In this document: positions 1-10,008 of the stretch, one piece after another | Numbering within the stretch: position 1 is the first letter of the stretch | How the letters are laid out: every line of letters starts with the position of its first letter | Assembly (NCBI RefSeq): GCF_000186885.1 | Contig: NC_014972.1 | Location: forward strand, 1,290,001 to 1,322,000 | Direction of reading: 5' to 3' | Source: Desulfobulbus propionicus DSM 2032 | GTDB taxonomy: Bacteria; Desulfobacterota; Desulfobulbia; Desulfobulbales; Desulfobulbaceae | DNA length: 32,000 nucleotides | Program-made: the position numbers and the translations under genes | The notes under the pieces: generated by a model | The model's input: only the letters and a program-made list of their open reading frames with translations | Told to the model about the DNA's origin: nothing | The model's database searches: none

Positions 1-1974
1 GCTGTACAGCACCTGCATGTCGTCCAGGGTGGCGATGGACACGCCCGAATTGCCGATCTTGCCGTAGATGTCCGGCCGCTCGTCCGGGTCGCAGCCATAC
101 AGGGTCACCGAGTCAAAGGCGGTGGACAGGCGGATGGCCGGCATGCCCTCGCTGACCTGCTTGAAGCGGCGGTTGGTGCGGAAGGGGTCGCCCTCGCCGG
201 CGAACATCCGCGTCGGGTCCTCGTTTTCCCGCTTGAACGGAAAGACGCCGGCGGTGAAGGGAAACAGGCCGGGCACGTTTTCTTTCATCAGAAAGCGGAG
301 GATTTCGCCTTCGTCCCGGTAGCGCGGCAGGTAGACCTTGCGAATGGTCGAGCCGGAAAGGGAGGTCCGGGTCAGTTTGGTGCGGATCTCCCGGTCGCGG
401 ACCCGGATTACATGCTCCTCGCCGCCATACTGCCGGACCAACTCGGGCCAACCGTCGAGCAGCTTCTTGGCGTGAGGATCAATTTCACCTTCTTTCCTGT
501 CAAGCAATTCGTCGAAACTGGTCACCGGTTTGCCGCAGGTCCCGAACAGATCCTTGGCCATGGCGAGAGCCTGGCGTTCGCGCACCTTCTTGGCCTGGCT
601 ATCGACATGCGCATGGTAGTGGCGGACACAGTCGGCGATTTCGGCCAGATAGCGGGTCCGTTCTGCCGGAACGATGGCCCGGTCGTCGGAGGCCTTGGGC
701 ACGGCGATGTGGGGGAGTTTTCCGGACTTCAGCGCAAGGCCCAGTTCCTGCAAGGCCGGCAGCATGGCCTGGTAGAGGGCGGTGACGCCCTCGTCGTTGA
801 AGCGGGCGGCAATGGTGGGAAAGACCGGCATCTGCTCGGCCGGGGTGGCGAATGCCTCGTGGTTGCGCTGATACTGCTTGCGCACGTCGCGCAGGGCATC
901 CGCAGCCCCGCTGCGGTCGAACTTGTTGATGGCCACGAAGTGGGCGAAATCGAGCATGTCGATCTTCTCCAACTGCGAGGCAGCCCCAAATTCCGGGGTC
1001 ATCACATAGAGCGAGACATCGACATGGGGGACGATGGCGGCATTGCCCTGGCCGATGCCCGAGGTCTCGACGATGATCAGGTCGAATCCGGACAATTTGC
1101 AGGCCGCGATCACCTCGGGTAGGGCGGCGGAGATCTCCGAGCCGGTGTCGCGAGTGGCCAGCGAGCGCATGTAGATGTTTTCGTGCTCGATGGCGTTCAT
1201 GCGGATGCGGTCGCCGAGCAGGGCGCCGCCGGTACGCTTGCGTGAGGGATCGATGCTGATGATCGCCAGTTTCAGGCGGTCGTCCTGATCGAGGCGGAAG
1301 CGCCGCACCAGCTCATCGGTGAGCGAGGACTTGCCGGCGCCGCCGGTGCCGGTGATGCCGAGCACCGGGATGGTCCGTCCGGCCGCTTGTTCCCGGATTG
1401 CCTGGGTGAGTGCCGCCGAGGCCTCGCCGTTTTCCAGCACAGTGATCAGCCGGGCGAGCAGCCGCCGGTTGCCGGCTTGGAGTTGGTCAAGCAGCCCAGC
1501 TTCATCCGCGGGCAGCGGCGGCAGGTCGACATCTGCCAGCCGCACCACCTCGTTGATCATCCCCTGCAACCCCATCCGCTGGCCGTCCTCCGGGGTGTAG
1601 ATCCGGCTCACGCCGTAGGCGTGCAGTTCCTCCAGTTCCGCCGCCACGATCACGCCGCCGCCGCCGCCGAACACCCGGATGTTGTCGCCGCCGCCCGCTT
1701 TCAGCAAATCGATCATGTATTTGAAAAACTCGACATGGCCGCCTTGGTAGGAGGTGACTGCGATGCCGTGCACGTCCTCCTGGAGAGCGGCGGTGACGAT
1801 CTCCCGCACCGAACGGTTATGGCCCAGGTGGATGACCTCCACCCCGGTGGCCTGGAGAATGCGGCGCATGATGTTGATGGTGGCGTCGTGGCCGTCGAAC
1901 AGCGAGGCGGCGGTGACGAAACGGACCTTGTGGGTGGGGATGTCGTGCGCGGTGTGACCGGCGGGGAGGGGCAT
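1..1974 (-). CDS. icmF: Fused isobutyryl-CoA mutase (IcmF type); N-terminus at 1974, C-terminal part runs off the left window edge
   Basis: Hand translation of the minus strand from ATG 1974..1972 (SD GGAGA upstream) stays open to position 1. It shows MPLPAGHTAHDIPTHKVRFVTAASLFDGHDATINIMRRIL (B12-binding DxHxxG-type motif), then VLGITGTGGAGKSS (MeaB-like GTPase P-loop), then the start of a mutase domain. Absent from the ORF track because it has no in-window stop. Confidence 0.85.
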   Translation of the reverse strand, partial: MPLPAGHTAHDIPTHKVRFVTAASLFDGHDATINIMRRILQATGVEVIHLGHNRSVREIVTAALQEDVHGIAVTSYQGGHVEFFKYMIDLLKAGGGDNIRVFGGGGGVIVAAELEELHAYGVSRIYTPEDGQRMGLQGMINEVVRLADVDLPPLPADEAGLLDQLQAGNRRLLARLITVLENGEASAALTQAIREQAAGRTIPVLGITGTGGAGKSSLTDELVRRFRLDQDDRLKLAIISIDPSRKRTGGALLGDRIRMNAIEHENIYMRSLATRDTGSEISAALPEVIAACKLSGFDLIIVETSGIGQGNAAIVPHVDVSLYVMTPEFGAASQLEKIDMLDFAHFVAINKFDRSGAADALRDVRKQYQRNHEAFATPAEQMPVFPTIAARFNDEGVTALYQAMLPALQELGLALKSGKLPHIAVPKASDDRAIVPAERTRYLAEIADCVRHYHAHVDSQAKKVRERQALAMAKDLFGTCGKPVTSFDELLDRKEGEIDPHAKKLLDGWPELVRQYGGEEHVIRVRDREIRTKLTRTSLSGSTIRKVYLPRYRDEGEILRFLMKENVPGLFPFTAGVFPFKRENEDPTRMFAGEGDPFRTNRRFKQVSEGMPAIRLSTAFDSVTLYGCDPDERPDIYGKIGNSGVSIATLDDMQVLYS

Positions 1975-2220
1975 GGTGGATCTCCTTGTACAGGTTGAGG
2001 GGGTATCGGCTGGCAAAATGTCCGCCGACAGATCGACCAAACTTCAGGGAGAACACAAGAAAGTGGGGTGAGAGTAAAATACCCCGCTGAAATGAGCAAA
2101 ACAAATCGTATGGATTCGTGCGGAAAATTAAGCGGTTCTCTGGTAGGATACCGCCGGTGGCGGCTCGGTTGGACCGAACCGCGTCAACGGCTGGGCGAGA
2201 CACGAAGAGCGAGGACAACG

Positions 2221-3076
2221 GTGGCTAGCAACGGCAATCAACAGAATAACGGCGAAACGGTCCGGCTGACCCTGCCCGCAGCGTTTTCCGGCCTCCAGGT
2301 ACTGCACGCCCGCTTTCGCCGCCAGACCTTTCCCCGCCACAGTCACGAGGGCTATGGCGTCGGGGTGATCGAAGCGGGCGCGCTCGGTTTTTCCTACCGG
2401 GGCGAGAATCTGGTGGCCCCGGCCGGCCGGATCAACACGGTCAATCCCGGCGAGGTCCATACTGGCCAGGCTGCGGCCGACCAGGGCTGGACCTACCGGA
2501 TGTTGTATTTGTCGGCCGCGTGTGTCGAGCGGATGGCCGAGGCGGATCGCCGATCATCCATTACCCCTGCCGCTGCTGACCCGGGGCGTGATCGACGATC
2601 CCGAGCTGGCCGGCTTGCTCCGGCACGCCCATGTCCTCCTTGGCGATGGGCACGCGGCGCGGCTTGCACAGGAAACCGCGCTGCTGAACGTATTGGCCCT
2701 CCTGCTGGCCCGCCACACCTACGAGCCTCCGGCCATGGCGGCCGCCGGTGCGGAACCGGAGGCGGTCCGGCGGGTGATCGACTATCTCGACGCCCATTGC
2801 GGCGAAGATCTGGGCATCGATACCCTGGCCGGTGTGGCCTGCCTCAGCCCCTATCATTTCATCCGCGTCTTTGCCCGCCACACCGGCCTGACTCCCCACG
2901 CCTGGCTGATGCAGCATCGCGCCCGCAAGGCGCGGCAACTGCTCGGGCAGGGCGTGGCCATTGCCGATGTGGCCGCCCAAACCGGTTTTGCCGACCAGAG
3001 CCACCTCACCAAGACCTTCAAGCGATTCTTCGGTTATACCCCGGGCCAATTACGCAATTGCGTACAAGACGCCTGA
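2221..3076 (+). pseudogene. AraC-family transcriptional regulator with an apparent frameshift (or sequencing error) between the ligand-binding and HTH domains
   Basis: The N-terminal cupin-like part (HSHEGYGVGVIEAGALGFSYRGENLVAPAGRINTVNPGEVHTG...GWTYRMLYL) is in the frame of ORF 2068. The C-terminal part (VIDDPELAGLL...LSPYHFIRVFARHTGLTPHAWLMQHRARKARQLL...ADQSHLTKTFKRFFGYTPGQLR) is in the frame of ORF 2522. The frames switch around 2540-2565. Start GTG 2221 is a guess (GAGGA upstream). Combined length of about 285 aa is typical for the family. Confidence 0.6.
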
Positions 3077-3134
3077 GGCCGGGAACGGTACATTCTCCCG
3101 CCAACTGTCCACAATCAACCTGGAGGGAGACCAC

Positions 3135-3953
3135 ATGACCAACTATGTGCACGGCTATTCGTCCGAGGAGGCGAAGCGGCTCAAGGATCAGGCCACGACC
3201 CTGGCCGAGATGCTCTACGGCGATCTCCGTTACCCGGAGGGCGCGCTGGTATTGGAGGCCGGGTGCGGCACCGGCTGCCAGACGGTACATCTTGCCGGGG
3301 CCAACCCGCAGACCCGGTTCGTGGCGCTGGATCGGGCCGCCGACTCGTTGCGTATCGCCCAGCAGGCTGTGTTCGCCCATGGGCTGAGCAACGTGTGTTT
3401 TGAACGGGGTGATCTCCTGACGCCACCCTTTGCCGCGCAAAGCTTTGACCACGTCTTTGTCTGCTTCGTGCTCGAACACCTCGCCGATCCCGCGGCCGCG
3501 CTGCAAGCCCTGCGGCGGCTGCTCAAGCCAGGCGGCACGATCACGGTGATCGAGGGCGATCACGGTTCCTTTTACTGCCATCCGGAAACGGCTCGGGCCC
3601 GGCGGACGGTCGCGTGTTTGGTGCGGCTCCAGGCCGCGCTGGGCGGCGACAGCCTGATCGGTCGCCGGCTCCACCCTCTCCTGGATTCGGCGGGCTTTGC
3701 CGAGGTGCGGGTCGAGCCGCGCATGGTTTATGTCGACGGTTCCCGGCCGGCGTTGATCGAAGGGTTTGCCCGCAACACCTTCATCGCCATGGTTCGCGGC
3801 GTGCGCCGGCAGGCCATCGCCGGCGGCCTGATCGACGCGGCCGACTGGGATGCGGGCGTCCGCGACCTGGAACGGGCCGCCACCCGGGACGGCACCTTTT
3901 GCTACACCTTTTTCCGGGCACAGGCCCGCCGGGAGCACCTATTCGGCGGTTGA
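3135..3953 (+). CDS. Class I SAM-dependent methyltransferase
   Basis: ATG 3135 is preceded by GGAGGGAG. Motif I is VLEAGCGTGCQT, followed by the acidic loop VALDRA and LKPGGTITVIE. Confidence 0.85.
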   Translation: MTNYVHGYSSEEAKRLKDQATTLAEMLYGDLRYPEGALVLEAGCGTGCQTVHLAGANPQTRFVALDRAADSLRIAQQAVFAHGLSNVCFERGDLLTPPFAAQSFDHVFVCFVLEHLADPAAALQALRRLLKPGGTITVIEGDHGSFYCHPETARARRTVACLVRLQAALGGDSLIGRRLHPLLDSAGFAEVRVEPRMVYVDGSRPALIEGFARNTFIAMVRGVRRQAIAGGLIDAADWDAGVRDLERAATRDGTFCYTFFRAQARREHLFGG

Positions 3954-4056
3954 CGAATCCATCGGAACAGTGTCTTCTCGGCGAGCGCGCTGATTGTTGA
4001 GGCTACTGTTTCCGCTTGCCGGAAAAACCGTTTCCGCACCACCACCCGACACTGCC

Positions 4057-5121
4057 ATGTTCCGTTTCGTCTGCCTGCTGTTCTTTCTTGGCCCGCTGCT
4101 CCTTCTTGCCTGCACCCCAAGTTATTATCGCGGCCCGGCTTCCGATCATTTCGACGGCCAGCGATTCTCCAACCCCGGCAAGCCGATGCACAAAACCTTT
4201 TTTCAGGTGCTCAAATGGTACGCCACCCGCGAGCGCCAACCCTGGCCCGAGTACAGCTCCCTGCCGTTCACCGACCATCCGCCCCCGCGGGTGGCGGGCA
4301 ACGGGCTGCGGGTCGGTTTTGTCGGCCATGTGACCCTGCTCATCCAGACCCAGGGGCTCAACATCCTCACCGATCCGGTCTGGTCGGAGCGGGCCAGCCC
4401 CTTCACCTGGATCGGCCCCAAACGGGTCCATCCGCCGGGCATCCGCTTCGAGGACCTGCCGCCGATCGACCTGGTGCTGATCAGCCACAACCACTACGAC
4501 CACCTCGATCTGGCGACCATCGAACGGCTGTGGCAGCGCGACCGGCCCCGGATCATTGTTCCGCTCGGCAACGATACCCTTATCCGGCAACGGCTCCCCG
4601 GGGCATCGGTGGAGGCCCGCGACTGGGGCCAGCAGGTGGTGATTTCCCCCGCGTTGACCGTACATCTCGAACCCATGCACCACTGGTCGGCGCGCAGCCC
4701 CTGGGACCGCAACCGCGCCCTCTGGGCCGCCTTTGTCCTCGCCACTCCCGGCGGCAACCTCTATTTCGTTGGGGACAGCGGCTACGGCGATGGCGACAAT
4801 TTTCGTGCCGCGCGCAACAAATACGGTTCGTTTCGCCTGGCGGTGCTGCCTATTGGTTCCTACGATCCCCGCTGGTTCATGGCCTCGCATCACATGAATC
4901 CGGCCGAGGCGGTCCAGGCCTTTGTCGATCTCGGCCGGCCGCCCATGCTGTCCACCCATTACCGGACCTTTCAGTTGGCGGACACCGCCTACGCGACGCC
5001 GCTGCACGATCTGCGGGCAGCGATGCAGAGCGCGGCCGTGCCCGAAGACCGCATCCGGCCGCTCATGGCCGGCGAGCATTGGTGGGTGGCGGAAGCCGTG
5101 CCCGTCGAGGACGGTGACTGA
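4057..5121 (+). CDS. MBL-fold metallo-hydrolase (NAPE-PLD-like), probable lipoprotein
   Basis: HNHYDHLD metal-binding motif. The N-terminus MFRFVCLLFFLGPLLLLAC has a lipobox-like LLAC, so ATG 4057 is preferred over the track start 3994. Confidence 0.8.
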   Translation: MFRFVCLLFFLGPLLLLACTPSYYRGPASDHFDGQRFSNPGKPMHKTFFQVLKWYATRERQPWPEYSSLPFTDHPPPRVAGNGLRVGFVGHVTLLIQTQGLNILTDPVWSERASPFTWIGPKRVHPPGIRFEDLPPIDLVLISHNHYDHLDLATIERLWQRDRPRIIVPLGNDTLIRQRLPGASVEARDWGQQVVISPALTVHLEPMHHWSARSPWDRNRALWAAFVLATPGGNLYFVGDSGYGDGDNFRAARNKYGSFRLAVLPIGSYDPRWFMASHHMNPAEAVQAFVDLGRPPMLSTHYRTFQLADTAYATPLHDLRAAMQSAAVPEDRIRPLMAGEHWWVAEAVPVEDGD

Positions 5122-5179
5122 ACGCACCGGAAAAAAGGGGACTGGTGCGGGGATGGAAGGGAATGCGGGGGGAGCGCGG

Positions 5180-5557
5180 TCAGCGGCGGCGCTGTTTCCG
5201 TTGGGCCCGGCGGATGGCGTCGATCAGCACGCCCAGCTCGACGGGCTGGGGCAGGAGATCGAAAACGCCGTTTGCAAGACTGTTCATCGCCGCCAGGGTC
5301 GCGCCTTTGCCGGCGAGGACAATGATCTTCAGCTCGGGATGCCGGGTTCTGATCCATCCGAGGAGGTTCAGCCCCTCGCGGTTCCCGGCTTCGAGACCCA
5401 AAACCACCACCTCGGGGCGGGAGTGTTCAAGCCAGTCCATGGCGTCGGCGCAGCTGTTGACGGCCGTGGCCGCAAAGCCCCAGGAATTGAGTCGATCGGT
5501 GAGGATGGAGGTGAACTCTGCCTCCGGGTCGATGATGAGGATGCTGATGGCGGTCAC
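5180..5557 (-). CDS. Receiver-like (CheY-fold) protein lacking the canonical phospho-acceptor residues
   Basis: SILIIDPEAEF...EVVVLGLEAGNREGLNLLGWIR...KIIVLAGKG...FDLLPQPVEL aligns to the CheY fold. Gly replaces D57, Ala replaces T87 and Gln replaces K109. Start is uncertain (GTG 5557 chosen; no clear SD). Confidence 0.55.
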   Translation of the reverse strand: MTAISILIIDPEAEFTSILTDRLNSWGFAATAVNSCADAMDWLEHSRPEVVVLGLEAGNREGLNLLGWIRTRHPELKIIVLAGKGATLAAMNSLANGVFDLLPQPVELGVLIDAIRRAQRKQRRR

Positions 5558-5634
5558 GGTCAGGTGTCGATTGCGCGCCAAACCGGCGAAGCGCGGCGTG
5601 CAGTTGCGCTGGCGGTTCGTGCTGCGGGCTTGGT

Positions 5635-5970
5635 TCACTTGCTCATGGGCAGGATGGTTCCCGCCTCGAGTTGGCCGGCGATGGCCCGTTGCATGGCCAG
5701 AACGTGGGCGCCGATGATGTTGTCGAGGACCTCGATTTTCTTCCACTGGAAAAATTTGTGCAGGTTATCCTCGATTCCGCCGCAGATGACGCAGGTGATC
5801 CCTTCCTTGACCACCAGGTCGCAGAGGTCCTCCGCGCTTTTGCGCGGCAGGATGAGGTAACGCGGTTCGCCCCGCAGCCGGGAACGGTCGTATTCGGCGA
5901 TGACCACCTCGGTGGTGAGGTCGAACCGCGGCGCCACCTGGTCATCCTGCACGGTTATCAACAGTTTCAT
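5635..5970 (-). CDS. NifB/NifX-family (dinitrogenase FeMo-cofactor-binding domain-like) small protein
   Basis: 111 aa from ATG 5970: MKLLITVQDDQVAPRFDLTTEVVIAEY...ITCVICGGIEDNL...IEVLDNIIG, recalled as the NifX/NifB C-terminal-like family pattern. The upstream part of track ORF 5635..6390 overlaps the transporter gene and was discarded. Confidence 0.55.
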   Translation of the reverse strand: MKLLITVQDDQVAPRFDLTTEVVIAEYDRSRLRGEPRYLILPRKSAEDLCDLVVKEGITCVICGGIEDNLHKFFQWKKIEVLDNIIGAHVLAMQRAIAGQLEAGTILPMSK

Positions 5971-6056
5971 GCGATTCTCTTGCCGGTCATTGCTGTTCAG
6001 GGCGGGGAGGGCCTCCCCCCTCCCGATGCTGTCGGGGAGAGAGGAGGCCAGGGGGA

Positions 6057-7337
6057 TCAGTGGAACATGTTGTACTGCACGATATAGCAGACAATGCCTG
6101 CAAAATAGCCAAGCAGGGCCAGCGGTCCGATACGGCGGGCATACCAGAAGAATTCGATCTTCTCCAGGCCCATGGCGGCCACGCCGGCGGCCGAGCCGAT
6201 GATCAGGATGGAACCGCCGGTTCCGGCGCAGTAGGCCATGAACTCCCAGATAAAGGAGTCGGTGGGGAACTGGGCCAGGGGGTACATACCCATGGAGGCG
6301 GCCACCAGCGGGATGTTGTCGACCACCGCCGAGACCAGGCCAATGATGATGACGATGATCGACTGGTTGCCGATCATCGAATCCAGCCATTTGGCCAAGG
6401 CCGGGAGCATGCCGTTGGCCGACAGGGTGGCCACGGCCAGCAGGATACCGATGAAGAACACCGCCGAGGCCATGTCAATCCGGCGCAGGGCCTGGGTCAG
6501 GCGCAGATGCTCTCGTTCTTCCTCCGGTTTGTTGCGGTGGAGGATGTTGCCCACCAACCAGAGAACACCGAGAGAGAGCAGGATACCCAGGTACGGCGGC
6601 AGATGGGTGACCGCCTTGAAAATGGGCACAAAAATCAGGCTGCCCACGCCCATGAAGAACATCAGATTTTTCTCGAATTGACTGGTGGTTGAATTGCCGT
6701 TCGTTACCTGATCCGGCGGCACCACATTACCCTTGAGGAAAAAAGAGGCAAGGGCCACCGGAATGATCATGTTGACCAGGGAGGGGATGATCAGTCCTTG
6801 CATGATGTTGCCGGTGGTGATTTGGCCGCCGATCCACAGCATGGTGGTGGTGACGTCGCCGATCGGCGTCCAGGCGCCGCCGGCATTGGCGGCGATGACG
6901 ATGATCCCGGCAAAGAACAACCGCTGCTTGTGGTCCTTGAGGATCCGTTTCATCAGGGCCACCATGACGATGGTGGTGGTCATGTTGTCGAGGATCGAGG
7001 AGAGGAAAAAGGCGATGAAACCGATGATCCACAGCAGGCTGGAAAGTTTGGTGGCCTTGATCCGGCTGGTGATGACCTCGAAGCCGCCGTGGCTGTCGGT
7101 GACCTCGACGATGGTCATGGCACCGATGAGAAAGAAGACGATGGCCGCGGTTTCGGCCAGCTTTTCGGTCAACTGCTCGATAACGCCATGCACGCCCAGG
7201 GGGCTGGCGAACGAGTAGAGGGTCCACATCACGCCGGCGGCGATCAGGGCCACGGCGGATTTATTGATTTTCAGGGGGTGCTCCAACGCGATACTCGCGT
7301 AGGCCAGCACAAAGACTACGGCAACAAGGGACATCAT
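6057..7337 (-). CDS. NhaD/ArsB-superfamily ion transporter (Na+/H+ antiporter NhaD-like)
   Basis: 426 aa, polytopic and hydrophobic throughout. N-terminus MMSLVAVVFVLAYASIALEHPLKINKSAVAL is typical of NhaD-type permeases. SD AAGGAG lies upstream of ATG 7337. Confidence 0.7.
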   Translation of the reverse strand: MMSLVAVVFVLAYASIALEHPLKINKSAVALIAAGVMWTLYSFASPLGVHGVIEQLTEKLAETAAIVFFLIGAMTIVEVTDSHGGFEVITSRIKATKLSSLLWIIGFIAFFLSSILDNMTTTIVMVALMKRILKDHKQRLFFAGIIVIAANAGGAWTPIGDVTTTMLWIGGQITTGNIMQGLIIPSLVNMIIPVALASFFLKGNVVPPDQVTNGNSTTSQFEKNLMFFMGVGSLIFVPIFKAVTHLPPYLGILLSLGVLWLVGNILHRNKPEEEREHLRLTQALRRIDMASAVFFIGILLAVATLSANGMLPALAKWLDSMIGNQSIIVIIIGLVSAVVDNIPLVAASMGMYPLAQFPTDSFIWEFMAYCAGTGGSILIIGSAAGVAAMGLEKIEFFWYARRIGPLALLGYFAGIVCYIVQYNMFH

Positions 7338-7493
7338 GGGATGCGCACTCCTTTTATGACTGCCCGGCAGTCGTGAAATTCATTGGATGGAAGGCAGGGC
7401 CAGCGGTTCGATGCGCCGGAGGCGAGCCGCCGTTGCCGGCGGCCCGCGTTGTCCGGCCGCGGCCCTCCCGTGAACAGGTTTGGGGTTCTGGGG

Positions 7494-8978
7494 TTATTGC
7501 GCCGCGGCGAACACCTCCATGCCCATCATCGGCCAGACAAAGGCCACGAATCCCCACAGCACCACCATCAGGATGAGGCTGGCCATGACGCCGTACTTGA
7601 GGAACTCGCCGGTGGTGAATTGCTTGGAGTTGTAGGCAATGGCGTTGGGGGCCGCGCCGATCAGAAGGATGAACGGCATGCCGGCGGTGGCCAGGGCCGA
7701 GAAGAGGATGACCTGCGGGCCAACCCCCAGATAGGGAGCGATGACCAGGGCCACCGGCAGGCTGATGGCGATCGCCGCCACGTTCATGATGAAGTTGGTC
7801 ATGACGAGGACAAAGAAGGCCATGCCGAGAATGAAGACCACGGCCGGGGCCTGCTGGAACAGGACCAGCCAGTTGACCGCCAGCCACTTGGCCGCGCCGG
7901 TCTGCCACAGACAGAAACCAATGGACATGGCGCCGGCAAAGAGCAGGACGATGTTCCAGGGGATCTCTTCCAGGTCCTCGATGTTGAGGATGTTGAACAC
8001 GAAGAAGGCGATGGTCGAACAGAGGAGGATGCCGGTCTTGTCAAGGACGTCCAGGGCCGGCAGCAGACTCTTGAGCGCGATCATGACCACGGCGATGCAA
8101 ATGATGATCGCGGCCGTGATTTCGTTGCGGGTCATGCCGCCCAGCTCCTTGTACATGCGGGTGGCTTTTTCCTTCAACCCCGGGATGCGGTCTTTTTCCG
8201 GTTTGAGAAAGACCATGAAGAAGCCCCAAAGGATAAAGGTCATGATCCAGCCCAAGGGCGCCATGTAATAGGTCAGGTCCATGGGGGTCAGTTCCATGCC
8301 GGTCATGTCCTTGTAGAAGGCCAGGGCCACGGCGGCGCGGGCCGAACCGAGCAGGGTGATGATCGAACCGGCGCCGGCCACATAGGCCATGCCGATGAAC
8401 ATCGCCTTGCCGAACTTGGTCGGCTTGGTGTCGGTGGTGTACATGGCGTAAATGGCCATCAACAGCGGAAACATGGTGGCGGCCACCGCGGTATGGGCCA
8501 TGACGTGGGTCAGGGCCACGGTCATGAGGAAGCAGCCGAGCATAATAAGAGAAGTCTTCTCGCCGATGATGGAGAGCATCTTGTAGGCGATCCGGCGGGT
8601 GAGCCCGGTCTTGGTGAACACCATGCCGATGACCACCGAGCCAAAGATGAACAGCACCGAGGGGTCCATGAAGTCCTTGAAGGCCTCGGCTGGTTTGCGG
8701 ATGAGGAACAAGGCTTGCAAGGTGCCGATCAACAGGCTGGTGACGCCGATCGGCACCACCTCGAAGATCCACCAGGTGGCGGCCACGGCAAACACCGCCA
8801 GCGCGCCCTTGGCCTGCTTGGTGAGGACGAAATGCTCGCCCTTGGGATCAATGGCGTCCGGCCAGGCGGGGCAGTAATAGATAATGGCGAACAGGGCCAG
8901 GCCGAGGAGCAGGAACAGAGCGCGCTTCCAGTCGAACGGCGTCTTGGTCTCCGGAAGTTCTTGTACGGTTGCGGACAT
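7494..8978 (-). CDS. DASS/SLC13-family anion:sodium symporter
   Basis: 494 aa polytopic membrane protein. N-terminal region ...KGALAVFAVAATWWIFEVVPIGVTSLL is characteristic of divalent-anion:Na+ symporter family members. Confidence 0.75.
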   Translation of the reverse strand: MSATVQELPETKTPFDWKRALFLLLGLALFAIIYYCPAWPDAIDPKGEHFVLTKQAKGALAVFAVAATWWIFEVVPIGVTSLLIGTLQALFLIRKPAEAFKDFMDPSVLFIFGSVVIGMVFTKTGLTRRIAYKMLSIIGEKTSLIMLGCFLMTVALTHVMAHTAVAATMFPLLMAIYAMYTTDTKPTKFGKAMFIGMAYVAGAGSIITLLGSARAAVALAFYKDMTGMELTPMDLTYYMAPLGWIMTFILWGFFMVFLKPEKDRIPGLKEKATRMYKELGGMTRNEITAAIIICIAVVMIALKSLLPALDVLDKTGILLCSTIAFFVFNILNIEDLEEIPWNIVLLFAGAMSIGFCLWQTGAAKWLAVNWLVLFQQAPAVVFILGMAFFVLVMTNFIMNVAAIAISLPVALVIAPYLGVGPQVILFSALATAGMPFILLIGAAPNAIAYNSKQFTTGEFLKYGVMASLILMVVLWGFVAFVWPMMGMEVFAAAQ

Positions 8979-9015
8979 GTCGATACCTTTTATCGAGAGA
9001 TTGCGATTGAAAGAC

Positions 9016-9534
9016 TCACAGCGAACAGCTGGAGGCCAGGTTTTTGAACAGATCGATCAGCCGGATGACGCCGATCACCGCATTGCCTTCCACCACCGGC
9101 AGGCAGTTCTGGTTTTCGGTCATCATGATCTCGGCGGCATGGAGCGGATGCGTGTCGGCCTTGATCGACTTGAGCGGCGGGGTCATGTACTGGCTGACCG
9201 GCAACGCTCCCTGGCGCTTGCACTCGGTCTGGAAGCTGTCCTCGAGCAGGATGGCCAGGTCGGTGAACTTCTCCTGCTTGCCGGCGAAGATCGGCTTCTG
9301 GCCGCCGTCGAACAGGGTCGGGAAATAACAGGTGAGGATGGAGCGGATGGTCAGGCGGCCGACGTATTGGTTCTGGCTGTTGACCACCAGCAATTCGTCA
9401 TACAGCAGCTTGCCGGAACCGTTGACGGTGTGGGAAAAGAGCTGGGCCACGGCGCTGTGCACCGGTTCCTCGCTGCTCAGGTGGGGAAATGCGTCCAGGG
9501 GGACGATCAGGTCTTTGACAACTGTGTTGCTCAT
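9016..9534 (-). CDS. CBS domain pair protein
   Basis: 172 aa with two CBS-like modules (VKDLIVPLDAFPHLSSEEPVHSAV... and VSQYMTPPLKSIKADTHPLHAAEIMMTENQNCLPVVEGNAVIGVIRLIDLF). SD AAGGAGA precedes ATG 9534. Confidence 0.75.
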   Translation of the reverse strand: MSNTVVKDLIVPLDAFPHLSSEEPVHSAVAQLFSHTVNGSGKLLYDELLVVNSQNQYVGRLTIRSILTCYFPTLFDGGQKPIFAGKQEKFTDLAILLEDSFQTECKRQGALPVSQYMTPPLKSIKADTHPLHAAEIMMTENQNCLPVVEGNAVIGVIRLIDLFKNLASSCSL

Positions 9535-9567
9535 GCCGTTCTCCTTGTGCGGTATAGGGCCGGTGGC

Positions 9568-10008
9568 TTACCAGCTCTTGCTCTTGATGATCTTGCGCAG
9601 CTCTTCCTGGGACTGCTTCTGCAGCACCAGCATTTTCTTGCTCTTGGCCTCGCCGATCTTGTCCATCAGCTCGCTCAGTTCCACCGGCTTCTGGAGGAAA
9701 TCGCCGGCGCCGAGCTTCATCGCCTCCACCCCGCTTTGCACCGAGGCCTGGCCGGTGAGCATGATGATCTCGGCGTTGGGATTGTCGGCCTTGATCCGTT
9801 TGAGGGTTTCCAGGCCGTCGATGCCGGGCATGGCCAGATCGACGATGATGGCGTCGTAGTCCTGCTGCTTGGCCTCGGTCACCGCCTGCTCGCCGCTGGT
9901 CACGGCGCTGACCTTGAGGCCCCGCATCTCCAGGCGGCTGGACAGCGTTTCAAGAAAATCCTGCTCGTCGTCCACCAGCAGAACCTTGGCCTCCATTTCC
10001 TTTTCCAT
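9568..10008 (-). CDS. Stand-alone response regulator receiver (CheY-like) with a short C-terminal helical tail
   Basis: KVLLVDDEQDF...YDAIIVDLAMPGIDGLETL...IIMLTGQ...FLQKPVEL retains all canonical DD/D/T/K residues. ATG 10008 is preceded by AAGGAGAAGG, so it is preferred over track start 10041. Confidence 0.85.
   Translation of the reverse strand: MEKEMEAKVLLVDDEQDFLETLSSRLEMRGLKVSAVTSGEQAVTEAKQQDYDAIIVDLAMPGIDGLETLKRIKADNPNAEIIMLTGQASVQSGVEAMKLGAGDFLQKPVELSELMDKIGEAKSKKMLVLQKQSQEELRKIIKSKSW

Noticed and set aside
1975-2220. Cobalamin riboswitch upstream of the B12-dependent icmF
   Set aside because: No B12-box-like element or the conserved GC-rich core was seen on the minus strand. Only small generic hairpins are present.
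2068-3138. 356-aa single-frame AraC ORF
   Set aside because: After about residue 160 this frame is Arg/Pro-rich with no HTH. The AraC HTH is clearly in the other frame (2522..3076), so the long ORF is an off-frame read-through.
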